Both the position numbers and the translations under genes were made by a program. The notes beneath the pieces were generated by a model. The model did not search any database, had not been told where the DNA came from, and saw only the letters and a list, made by a program, of their open reading frames with translations. From a virus, in IMG/VR virus record IMGVR_UViG_3300027849_000009: DNA of 64,000 bases, one strand, 5' to 3'. Shown one piece after another: positions 9,585 through 21,200 of this stretch (positions within the stretch are counted from its first letter, which is position 1; every line of letters starts with the position of its first letter).

Positions 9585-12500
9585 ATGGCAAATATATTCA
9601 CATCTAATACGTTATCTGGAAGTTATGCAGACGATTATAACGCTAACGACAACTATCATCAGATATTGTTTAACAGCGGTCGCGCTCTTCAGTCACGAGA
9701 ACTTACTCAGATGCAGACTCTTATCTATGAAGAGATGGGTCGCATGGGTAAGAACATCTTTAAAGACGGTGCAGTAGTAAACGGTGGCGGTGTTAGCATG
9801 AACAATGCTTACCACTTCGTTAAGATTGCATCTACTAATCAGGGTGGCGAGTTCGGTGCTATACCAACTGGCACAATCTTAAAGAATCCTAACACTAATG
9901 TTTCTGCTCAGGTTATTCAAGCGATACCTGCTAACGGCACACAGACATTTGATACTTTGTTTGTAGAGTACATCAACAGTGGTAATGCTGATGCAACAAA
10001 TTCACCAATTACATTTGGTGATAATGAAACTTTGGTCGAACAGTTTGCCGCTTCTAGTGCATATGAGTTAGTAACAGAAACTCCTAATGCAACAGGTTAC
10101 GGTGCTAAGTTTACAGTCGCAGAAGGTGACTTCTTTATTCTTGGTCGTTTCGTCAATACAACAGAACAGAGCATTATTCTATCGTCTTACTCAGGCGATA
10201 ATATTAATGCTGAGGTTGGATTCAAAGTCATTCAGGAAGTAATAAGTGTTTCAGACACAGACACACTTTATGACAATGCCTCGGGTATTGTTAATACAGC
10301 ATCTCCTGGTGCTGACAGACTTCGCATCAAACTGGAACTTACTACTAGAGATTTAATTGATTCGAACGATACATTTGTGTTCCTTGCAGAAGTAGAAAAC
10401 TCTGCAATCAGCGAACAACTACAATCAATCGATGCATATAGTAAAATAGAAGAAGTTCTTGCTCTACGTACTAAAGAAGAGTCTGGTGATTATGTTGTTG
10501 AACCATTCATTGTTAATGTAAGTGACAACGATAATGGCACAGATGCTAACTTAGAACTTAATGTAAGTGAAGGCACTGCATATGTAAATGGTTATCGCGT
10601 AGAGAATCAATCACCAGTAACTTTAAATCTTCCTCGTCCAGTAGAAACTGAGACCGTAGAGAATGATGTTATCGGTGTGAACTACGGCAACTACTTTGTA
10701 TGTACTACTAACAGAGGACTTCCTAATCTCGATCATGCAAGAGTTGACTTATGGAGTGCAACAGGTTATGGCGGTAGTGGTACTGATTACGGTACTTGTC
10801 GTATTCGTGCAGTAGAACCATTCGGCACTAAGTTTAAAGTTTATGTATATGACATGAAAGTGTTTGCTACAGAAGACCTTGGTAACGTAAAAAGTATTGG
10901 TTCTTCTACTACTGATTATTTTGATATTGATTTGCAAGGCGGCAAAGCAGTACTAAATGAAACAACTACTAATAATACAGCATTGTTCGACACAGTATTT
11001 CCTCGCATCGAATCTCTTTCTGATGTTACTATATCAAAGCAAGTACGTCAGTCGAAAACTGCATCTAGTAATGCGGTGTCTCTTGATCAGTTACCCGCTG
11101 GACAATCGTATTTAGATTCATCTTTATGGATTGTAGGACTTAGCAGTGCAGTGATTGAAGCACCTAGCACATATACAGTATCAATCACCAACGGTGGTAG
11201 AGATGCTGCCATATCAAGTCTTGCTAGTGCTACTGGCGCATACGAGATTCTTGCTTATGTACAGAAGACTGCAACAATTCGTACAAAGACGCTAACAACT
11301 TCAACAGCAGTTTTGCCTAGTATTACAGATTCTTCTGGTCGTACATTGTTTGATATTGGTGTTCCTGACATCTACTCGGTCGACTCAGTACGACAAAGCA
11401 ACAGTGTTGGTTTTGATCTCACTGGCGCAGTAGTGCTTGACGATGGACAACGTGATAACTATTATGCTGATGGTAGTCTTTTACTCAAAGAAGGCAATAC
11501 AAATCCTACATCAATCTATGTTTCATATAAGCACTTTGTACGAGGCAGTGGTGATTTCTTTGCTCCTTCTTCTTACAATGTTCCTTATAAAGATATTCCT
11601 ATACACACTAATGTATCAGGTGACGTAATTGATCTACGGGATGTTGTTGACTTCAGACCCGATTTAAACAATACAGATAGTGCTGTAACTAATATTAATG
11701 GACTGCCTAGAGTAGGTACTAATATTACTGGTGATATAGAATATTATCTACCTCGTGCAGATAAAGTAATTCTTACGCCCGAAGGCGAACTACAAGTTCT
11801 AATGGGACAGCAAGCGCGTGATCCACAGTTCAAAGAAACGCCTATGCACTCTATGGAACTATACAAGATTGTTCTTAACGGTAATACTATTAACGAAGAT
11901 GATTTGACAATAATTCCAACAGCACAACAACGCGGTTACACGATGAAAGACATCGGTGATATTGATCGTAAGTTAGAAGCACTAGAAGAATCAACAACAT
12001 TAAGTATTGCAGAACTTGAAGCGAGACTTGATAATGTTCTTGATAGTGCTGGTGTTATTCGTATTATCAGTGGTATGCAAGTAGATGAGCATGATGATCA
12101 GGGCAACAGTGAAGTTGAATCGCCTGATTATAAGGCAGCAATTGATCCTGAGAATCGTCTAGTACGTCCTTCGTTTGATGAAGGCAACATGCGTTTAATC
12201 TTTGACTCAGTTGCATCCTCTGGTGTTGTTAAGAAAGGCGATAATGTTTATCTTGCACACACTGAAGCGACTTGGACAAATCAAAGAATAGCATCACGTA
12301 CTGTCAAGATTAATCCATTCGGTCTTATTGACAATGTAGGAACTTTGAAACTGTCACCTACAACTGATGAGTGGAAAGAGTCTATTCAAGATGCCGTTAA
12401 GTCACTCGCAGGTTCTGGAAGATTGTTTGGTAAGCAAGCATACTTGTGGAACAACTGGATGTGGAACTGGCAGGGTCGCACTGAGAAAGAGAATGCTGAC

Positions 12501-14963
12501 ATTGCTAAGTTAGCAGAAAAGGTTCGTAGTGGTTCAGGTAGAACACGAGCATGGGCATTAAGAACATTACATAACAAATATGGACTGTCGCAATCTGCTA
12601 CAATTAAACGTATTGTCTCAGGTGCTACTCTACGCAGTTCTATTGGCAACAAGACTGTCGATATAGCATTTGTACCATGGATTCGCTCACGTAAGATTTA
12701 CTTTAAAGCACAAGGTCTGACTCCTAATACTAAGTTTACTCCTTTCTTTGACGGTACTGATGTTTCGGCATGGTGTCGAGAAGAATCTTCGTTTGTTCAG
12801 TGGTCTGATAGAACAGATGAAATTGGTAACTTGTTCACACACTCACAAGTTCTTGGTCATCCTAACGGCACTAGTGAACTTATTGCTGATGCAAATGGCG
12901 AAGTGATCGGTTCATTCTTCATACCTAACCTTACTCCAAAGTTAGAAGTTGCTCACACTAAGTATCGCGGACGTTTTAACAAATATTATCTACGATTCAG
13001 AGCAGGCGCACGAGAGTTTAAACTTCTCGATATTAAAGTAAATGATTGGGCAAGTGCTAACAGTAAAGCATTCGCACACTATACGGTTAAAGGACTGTTA
13101 CCATGGACTTGGTACAACCCTTTAACTTATACACGTGGTCATAGTTATCTGTATCCTTACAACTATACTCACAAGTTGTATTCTGCAAAGCAAATGAAAA
13201 AGGTTCTTGATAACATACCAGCGAGTCAAGTAAGTATTATTGATCCTAGATTATCTGGTCTATACGGACCCGATGGTGTATCTCTGAATGCGGCAGCACT
13301 ACAGACACTTGCTAATAGTCAAGATATGTCTAAGGTTCTATCTGACTACATCAATGTGAATCATGCGCAGTTTGCTTCTATTCTTGGAGTAAGAGCAATA
13401 GCAACTCCTATGAATCCATTAGCGCAGACCTTTAAAGTCAACAATGAGTTTGGTGTTACACTAACTAAAGTCGAGTTGTTCTTTAAGTCGAAACCTGCTA
13501 ATGTATCTCTGCCAGTCTCTATACATGTTCGCCCTGTCGAGAATGGTAAACCTTCTATGAGTAGTATGGTGCCAGATTCACATGTATATGTCAACAGTGC
13601 AAATGTTAATGTCTCTGCTCTGTCTAGTCAGTTAGTGACTATTCAAGGTAACGGAACGTCATTCGTATTCGATGAACCTATATACTTGGCACCAGGACAA
13701 GATTATGCTATTGTAGTTACATCACAGTCAACCGAATATGAGTTGTTTAGTGCAAGAACTAGAGAGTCTGTTATTAACTCTACTGGTAGATTCAACAGCA
13801 CACAAACACCAGGTTATCTCTTCTTGCCACAGAATGGTAAGAACTGGGAGAAATCACAGAACGAAGACTTAATGTTTAAAGTTACTCGTGCAGTGTTCGG
13901 ATCAGGTGGTGGTGCTAACGGTAGTTTGATACTGAAGAATGCCGCTGTGCCTTCTAAACTGCTTGAAGAGAATCCAATCAGAACCACAAACGGTGATGAG
14001 AAGATTTATGTTCGTCATATCAATCACGGACTACGTCCTGGTGATGGTTGCAACATTGACAGTGCTACTGAAACTGGTGGTTTCTCTGCTACTCAACTAA
14101 GTGGAACTCATCAAGTTATTGATGTTGATATGTATGGTTACAGATTTGAAATCGATCCTTCTAACCCTACTAATGCTACTTCAACAGCAACTGGTGGTGG
14201 TGAAAGAGTATTGTCACAAGGTAACATAAACTTCTCAGTAGTTAATCCAATTATTGAGTCGATTATTCCTAACTATACTTCGATTGATGTATCTGGTAAG
14301 TTTACTTCAGGTCAATCAATCTCTGGTACTGAAACTCGATTCGCACAAGATGCTAAGTTTAATAGAATTACTCCTAAGACTAACACCGATCTTGCTGCCA
14401 CGTACACTCTATACAATCAGTTTGAAGTCGATTCATCAAGAAATAGTGGAATTACTTCATCAACATTGTTTAAAGTTGACATGAAGAGTGCTAACGATTA
14501 TGTCTCACCAATCATTGACTTACAACGATCATCTTTGGTCACTGTAAACAATCTGGTTGATGATCCATCAGTAACTCCTCACATCTTTAGTGTTGCAGAT
14601 TCGGCAGCATCTGGTGCTTCTTCTAGTGCAGTACACATAATGAAACCAGTTGTTCTTGATCAACCTGCTATCGGTATCGAGATTACTGCGGAGTTAACAG
14701 TACCTTCTGCAAGTAATGTTAAAGTATACTTTAGAGTAGGTGCTTCTGATGAGAATCTGAATGACCTTAATTGGACACTTCAACCAGAATATAACACTAT
14801 TGTTAAAGATGGCGTGACTCGTAAAGTTAAGTTTCTTGCTGGTGGTCAGAACGGTACGTTGAAACCATTCAACCAAGCACAAACTAAGATTGTTATTATA
14901 GGAACTAATCCTGCATTCACAGCGAAAGTTGGTGGTGTAGTTGTTAAGTGGTTAGCAAGTTAA
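9585..14963 (+). CDS. Large baseplate/virion protein, VrlC/DUF4815-like
   Basis: 'YADDY...YHQILFNSGRALQSRELTQMQ', 'PGADRLRIKL', 'RTKEESGDYVV', 'YYLPRADKV', 'PLAQTF'. Typical of this family and position in marine T4-like phages. Confidence 0.85.
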   Translation: MANIFTSNTLSGSYADDYNANDNYHQILFNSGRALQSRELTQMQTLIYEEMGRMGKNIFKDGAVVNGGGVSMNNAYHFVKIASTNQGGEFGAIPTGTILKNPNTNVSAQVIQAIPANGTQTFDTLFVEYINSGNADATNSPITFGDNETLVEQFAASSAYELVTETPNATGYGAKFTVAEGDFFILGRFVNTTEQSIILSSYSGDNINAEVGFKVIQEVISVSDTDTLYDNASGIVNTASPGADRLRIKLELTTRDLIDSNDTFVFLAEVENSAISEQLQSIDAYSKIEEVLALRTKEESGDYVVEPFIVNVSDNDNGTDANLELNVSEGTAYVNGYRVENQSPVTLNLPRPVETETVENDVIGVNYGNYFVCTTNRGLPNLDHARVDLWSATGYGGSGTDYGTCRIRAVEPFGTKFKVYVYDMKVFATEDLGNVKSIGSSTTDYFDIDLQGGKAVLNETTTNNTALFDTVFPRIESLSDVTISKQVRQSKTASSNAVSLDQLPAGQSYLDSSLWIVGLSSAVIEAPSTYTVSITNGGRDAAISSLASATGAYEILAYVQKTATIRTKTLTTSTAVLPSITDSSGRTLFDIGVPDIYSVDSVRQSNSVGFDLTGAVVLDDGQRDNYYADGSLLLKEGNTNPTSIYVSYKHFVRGSGDFFAPSSYNVPYKDIPIHTNVSGDVIDLRDVVDFRPDLNNTDSAVTNINGLPRVGTNITGDIEYYLPRADKVILTPEGELQVLMGQQARDPQFKETPMHSMELYKIVLNGNTINEDDLTIIPTAQQRGYTMKDIGDIDRKLEALEESTTLSIAELEARLDNVLDSAGVIRIISGMQVDEHDDQGNSEVESPDYKAAIDPENRLVRPSFDEGNMRLIFDSVASSGVVKKGDNVYLAHTEATWTNQRIASRTVKINPFGLIDNVGTLKLSPTTDEWKESIQDAVKSLAGSGRLFGKQAYLWNNWMWNWQGRTEKENADIAKLAEKVRSGSGRTRAWALRTLHNKYGLSQSATIKRIVSGATLRSSIGNKTVDIAFVPWIRSRKIYFKAQGLTPNTKFTPFFDGTDVSAWCREESSFVQWSDRTDEIGNLFTHSQVLGHPNGTSELIADANGEVIGSFFIPNLTPKLEVAHTKYRGRFNKYYLRFRAGAREFKLLDIKVNDWASANSKAFAHYTVKGLLPWTWYNPLTYTRGHSYLYPYNYTHKLYSAKQMKKVLDNIPASQVSIIDPRLSGLYGPDGVSLNAAALQTLANSQDMSKVLSDYINVNHAQFASILGVRAIATPMNPLAQTFKVNNEFGVTLTKVELFFKSKPANVSLPVSIHVRPVENGKPSMSSMVPDSHVYVNSANVNVSALSSQLVTIQGNGTSFVFDEPIYLAPGQDYAIVVTSQSTEYELFSARTRESVINSTGRFNSTQTPGYLFLPQNGKNWEKSQNEDLMFKVTRAVFGSGGGANGSLILKNAAVPSKLLEENPIRTTNGDEKIYVRHINHGLRPGDGCNIDSATETGGFSATQLSGTHQVIDVDMYGYRFEIDPSNPTNATSTATGGGERVLSQGNINFSVVNPIIESIIPNYTSIDVSGKFTSGQSISGTETRFAQDAKFNRITPKTNTDLAATYTLYNQFEVDSSRNSGITSSTLFKVDMKSANDYVSPIIDLQRSSLVTVNNLVDDPSVTPHIFSVADSAASGASSSAVHIMKPVVLDQPAIGIEITAELTVPSASNVKVYFRVGASDENLNDLNWTLQPEYNTIVKDGVTRKVKFLAGGQNGTLKPFNQAQTKIVIIGTNPAFTAKVGGVVVKWLAS

Positions 14964-15194
14964 ATGACACGCTACGTTAAAGTAGAAGGTGTTCCTGGGT
15001 TAGTTCGAGATATAGAGTCAAATGCGTTAATAAACGTAAATGCTAATGAGATCGAACTTGCCCAGAAACAAAAAAGGATAAGAGAGCAGAGTAAAGCAAA
15101 CTATCATAAATTAGAGGACACAGTAGAAACACTTCAAAAAGATATGTGTGAAATAAAGGAAGCACTCGCAATATTGCTTTCCAGAAGCATATAA
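14964..15194 (+). CDS. Small coiled-coil virion-associated protein
   Basis: 'YVKVEG.PGLVRD..SNALIN' followed by a heptad-rich C-terminus. Abuts the preceding gene. Confidence 0.7.
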   Translation: MTRYVKVEGVPGLVRDIESNALINVNANEIELAQKQKRIREQSKANYHKLEDTVETLQKDMCEIKEALAILLSRSI

Positions 15195-15197
15195 ATA
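15190..15197 (+). promoter_or_regulatory. T4-type late promoter TATAAATA
   Basis: Exact motif upstream of the giant repeat gene. Confidence 0.8.
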
Positions 15198-15229
15198 AAT
15201 GAAACAACTGACTCTAAGATGATAGAAAT

Positions 15230-18200
15230 ATGTCCTTACCGTTAAAACATCTCGGCACTGGTGCCCTTCAAGAACTCGCTACGCTTGATATAGATTATCT
15301 CGCGTATCAAGCGGGTATTCATCTTGGCAAAATGACCAATGGCGATGTCTCTGCTATCACTACAAATGGTAATGGAGCAACTGCTGTAGGTTCGTTTACG
15401 GACACCTACTTTGAATCGTCTGTCGGTTCTACACCAGGAACATCTTGGACAGTAAACTTTACTGTAGAGCATCGATCTAATCCTGGCACTGGTGTACACA
15501 CAGCAATATTCACAGCACAGAACGAGTTGCCATCTCCTCTATATGTTGGCGATACAGTTTATGTTATTGTAAACGGTGATGCAGTAACTGGATTCGAAGA
15601 GATCGGACACGAACTTGCAGTATCTGGTGATGCACTATTTGACAACGAAGGTGTTTCAACAACACCGACTGCTAACTCAGTTGATGGAACCAGAGTAGAG
15701 TGGGAAGACTTCAGCACTGTCGGTGGTCTTTCAGGATCATATCAATCATCATTCGAAATCAAAGTAACTCAAGTAGGTCTTTTAAACTTCACTTTAACTG
15801 CCAACTCTACTGACGTTCAAAACACCACTAAACAAACTGCTAACACTAGTATTGTATTTCCTACAGTTGAAGTCGAAGAGACCTTGCCACCGGAAGCAAC
15901 AGGTGTCCAGACTGATTTGTATCAAGTAACAACAGCATCACAACCTATTAATACTACTAGTGCATTAAAGAAAAATCCATTATACTGGAACAGAGCATTA
16001 ACACCCAACGGTGTTAAGGAGATGAATGACGCTGAACTTGACGCATTTTGCGAAGAGTTAGTCATCCGTATTATGCGGGATGAGTTACCAGGCACATATC
16101 GTCTAAGTGCTAATAGTCCTGGCGTTGATTGGGTACAGTTTGTTCCTAGCGTATTCAACGACACTCGTGGTGATGGAACTGTTATACCTTATTCAATATG
16201 GATAAGACAAGCGGGTATTAAACCTGCTGTAATTAGACCTGTCTATGCCGCACGTAATGCACAACAAGGTTGGGCAGGATTAAGAGAGCATACTGATGCA
16301 GAAGTAGAGTTTACTTTTGGTGAACGTGTAAAGAAAGCAGTTGAAACTACAGGAATTGGTAAATATCAATTACGCTCTGCAACACAAGGTGCACCGACTG
16401 ATACTGGTACATGGGTAGCACGTGGTAGTGCAATCGATACAAGACTTGAATACTATTACGATACTGGTTATCAAGCACTCGAAACATACACATCACAATA
16501 CACAGAAGATTATCTTGGTGAGTACGAAGCAACTTATGCTGGTAACTATGAACCTACGTACACAGGCGAGTTCACAGGCGATTACTTAGGAACTTATGAA
16601 GGCAACTTCGTTGGCAACTATACTCCAACATATGATGGCGATTATCTGGGTGACTACACACAGAATTACATCGGCGATTACAATAAAGAATATACACAGA
16701 ACTATCTTGGTGATTACGTTAATCAATACGTGCCTACTTATGACGGTACTGATTACATTAGTGATTATGAAAACACATATGATGCCGATGCAGTTATTGA
16801 ACAGTATGCTAGTGACTACGAATCTATTGATTACGTTGGCAATTATATTTCTGATTATAGTACAGACTATACTTCTGATTATACCAATACATATCTTTCA
16901 GACTATTCTGGTACAGAGTATATAGGAAACTATGTTTCAGATTATCTCGGTGGATTCCAGACTGAATACCTCGGTAACTACATCTCAAATTATATCGATG
17001 ATGTTTACATAGGCAATTACATCACCGATTACACCAGCGATTATATTAGTAACTATCTTGGATCTTATGATGGTGATTATCTAGGTGATTATGGCGCAAG
17101 TTATGAAGGTGCTTATGATAACTCATACGAAGGAGACTTCCAAGCAACTTACGCTGGAGACTTCACTGCTGATTATCTTGGCACATATCTGACGGATTAC
17201 GATTCGCAATACGAAGGCCAGTTTTCTGAAAACTACGCTGGTGATTACATCAGCGACTATCTTGGAACATATTCTAGTGGATATGAGTCTGATTATGAGA
17301 CAGGTTATCTAACACAATATGAAGGCGCGTATGATGAATCTGCATATGTGGGTAACTTTGTTGCTAGTTATGATAATGCATATGAAGGTGACTTTCAAGC
17401 GACTTACGCTGGAGACTTCACTGCTGATTATATTGGAACATATCTAACAGATTATGATTCACAATATGAAGGTCAGTTCGCAGAGAACTATACTGGAGAT
17501 TATATCAGTGATTATCTCGGAACATACGCTAGTGGATATGAGTCTGATTATACAACTGACTATCTTACACAATACGAAGGTGCGTATGATGAAGTAAATT
17601 ATTTAGGTAACTTTGTTTCTAATTATGATAACTCATACGAAGGAGACTTCCAAGCGACTTACGCTGGTGATTACATCAGTGACTATCTCGGAACATACCT
17701 AAATGATTACGATTCGCAATACGAAGGTCAGTTCTCAGATAACTACGCTGGTGATTACATCAGCGACTACCTTGGAACATACGCTAGTGGATATGTGTCT
17801 AATTACTCCACTGACTATCTTACACAATACGAAGGCGCGTATGATGAATCTGCATATCTAGGCAACTTTGTTGCTGATTATGTGTCTGATTATGAAGGTT
17901 CTTACACCAATCTATATGCTGGTGATTATATCAGCAATTATCTTGGAACATATGCTGGCGAATACGAAAGTGCTTATGCTACAAACTTTGATGCTATTTA
18001 CGTTGGTGGATTTGATACAGATTACATAGCAACTTTTGATGGAGAATACGAGAACACCTATATCGGCAACTATGTTTCAGACTATCTTAATGAGTTTGAG
18101 ACAACATATACCGGCGACTATGGTGGTTTATACACCTCCACTTACGCTGGTAATTATAGCGGCAACTATATTTCAGATTATTCGAATGAGTTTGAAACTG

Positions 18201-21200
18201 AGTATACAGGTGATTATGGTGGACAATATACTTCTACTTACGCTGGTAATTATAGCGGTAACTATATTTCAGATTATACGAATGAGTTTGAATCAACATA
18301 CGTAGGAAATTATAGCGGCGAATATGTTTCTACTTACGCTGGTAATTACGAAGCACAATATTCATCTGATTATGCCAACGAGTTTGAGACCACATACACT
18401 GGTGATTATGGTGGTTTATACACCTCTACTTACTCTGGTAATTATATTACTCAATACTCTTCAGACTATGCCAACGAGTTTGAAACCACATACACTGGTG
18501 ATTATAGTGGTCAATATCAGACTACTTACGCTGGTAATTATATTACTCAATACTCTTCTGAATATCAAGTACCTTATACTGGTGTTTACACAGGCGATTA
18601 CATCTCTGACTATATTGGTGATTACATCTCACCTTATGATGGCACACTGTATACTTCAGATTATATCTCTACTTACCAAAGTGCATATGGCGGTCAATTT
18701 GAATCATTATACACTGGGGTATTTGACGGAACAACATACTCAGGAAACTATGCTAGTCAATACGTAGGCAACTACATTGGTCTATACAACACAAACTACG
18801 CGACAGTATATCAGGGCACTGATTACATATCCACATACGAAGAAACTTACACTGGAAATTATTCTGGACAATATTCTTCTGCTTATGTAAGTGTTTATGA
18901 TGATCAAGCATATGCTACAGCATACGAAGAGACTTATGTTGGAGATTATTCTGGTACATTCGGTGCTACGTTCTTAGGAACTTATGATAGTACAAACTAT
19001 ACTTCAACATACGTAGAGACTTACACCGGAGATTATCTTGGACAGTATGCTTCTGCTTATGTAAGCGTTTATGATGCTCAAGCATATACTGCATCGTTCG
19101 ACACAACCTATTCTGGACAGTATGTAGGATCATTCACAGCATCTTTTGCTGGTGAATATGATAGAACAAACTATACTTCAACATTTGAAACTACGTATGT
19201 TGGTGATTATATTGGTCAATTCAGTCAGAACTTTGCTGCCAGTTTCGACGGAATACCTTATGTAGGATCATTCGAGACAAACTATGTCGGCAACTATATC
19301 GGACAGTTCACAGGTCAGTTCTCAGCATCATTTGCGGGTTCTGATTACACCTCAATATTTACTGCACAGTATACTTCGCAATATACTGGACAGTTTAGTG
19401 CATCTTTCAATGCTTCTTATAATGCAACAACATATGTAGGCGATTATATATCTGGATATGCAACATCATACTCTGGTGCATTCAGTCAAACCTTTATCGG
19501 TGAATATGATAGTCAAGCATACGTAACACAGTTTTCCGCAACGTACACAGGAAACTATGTTGGTCAATATGTCGCAGACTTCTTGGGCAACTATGATAGA
19601 GTAAACTATACTGCCAACTTCACTGCCAACTATACAGGTAATTATACTGGTGCTTTTGGTGCAGACTTTGTAGGAACTTATGATCGCCTGCAATATACAA
19701 ATGAATTTGAAAGTACCTATGCTGGTAATTACATCGGTCTTTTCTCTCAAACATATATCGGTTCTTATCAACGTACCAACTATCTTACACAGTACGAAGG
19801 CATATACACAGGCGATTACAGTGGTGCTTTCAGTGCTACGTTCTTAGGAACTTATGATCGTGCTGCCTATGCAAGAGAGTATGCTAATAGTTATACTGGT
19901 AACTATTCAGGACAGTTCACTGCAAACTATGCTTCCTCTTATGATCGGACTAACTATACTACTCAATTTACTGGTGGTTATACTGGTGGTGTTTCAGAAA
20001 CATTCGGTGCTACGTTCATAGGCGAGTATGATCGTCAAGGTTATATTTCACAATATACCGGACAATATGTGGGTCAGATTGGTGAATCGTTTGGTGCTAA
20101 TTACACAGGCAACTATGATCGAACCAACTATACTTCATCATATACTGGACAATATGTAGGACAGGTTGCTGAAAACGAGAACACGACCAATCAACAATCA
20201 TTTGATCGTGGTCAATATGCCGCTCAGTACACTGGACAATATGTAGGACAGATTGCTGAGAACGAGAATACCACTAATGCTCAGTCGTATGATAGATCAA
20301 ACTACAACACACAATTTACTGGTAACTATACTGGTGGCGTAACAGAGAACATAACTCAGTCACAGAACGAATCGTTCGCAAGAGGTGCTTATGTCTCACA
20401 ATATACGGGACAATATACTGGTGTAGTAGGGCAAAGCACTAACGAAACTTTCACACAGAATTTTAACGAAACTGGTGCCTATCAGATTGAGTATGTGGGA
20501 CAATATACTGGTGTAGTTTCACAGACACAACAGACTGGCGAAAGTCAAGAATTTCAAGTAAACTATACTGGTAATTACACAGGACAATATACTGGTGTAG
20601 TTTCACAGACACAACAGACTGCTGAGAATGAAACTTTCACAGCAGGGTTTGTTGGAGACTATACTGGACAATATACTGGTGCTGTACAGCAAGCAATGAC
20701 TTCTACTTACACTGGAGGTTATACTGGAGTATACTCTGGTAGTTATACTGGTGGTTATACTGGTGTAATTTCACAGACTCAACAGACTGGCATTTCTCAA
20801 GCAATAACACAGTCGCAGAATCAGTCATTTGCTAGAAACTATTCCGGCAACATCTATGCGAGTACGTCTTCGGTTACTCGCGCTTCTCAATCAGCAGATT
20901 CATATAATCTCACAAGCAGGGTGGGTTATTATTCTGGATCATATGGTTCGATGTCGCCTACATATTGGGCAAGCGGTATAAACGAGACTATTATAGGAGT
21001 ATATAAGTTTAATGACTTGTGCATTCCTCCACAAGGTTCATTCGGTGGATCGGGTTCGGATCAGTTTCGAGTCGTCTTCGGATCAGTTCTAACATCAACA
21101 CAGAGAGCGGCGTTTGGTTCGATTTTATTATGGTATACCGGTAGTAGTTCCCTTGCGACTTCGGCAGACAGGGCGGGTCATCGATTATATGCTTCCTCTG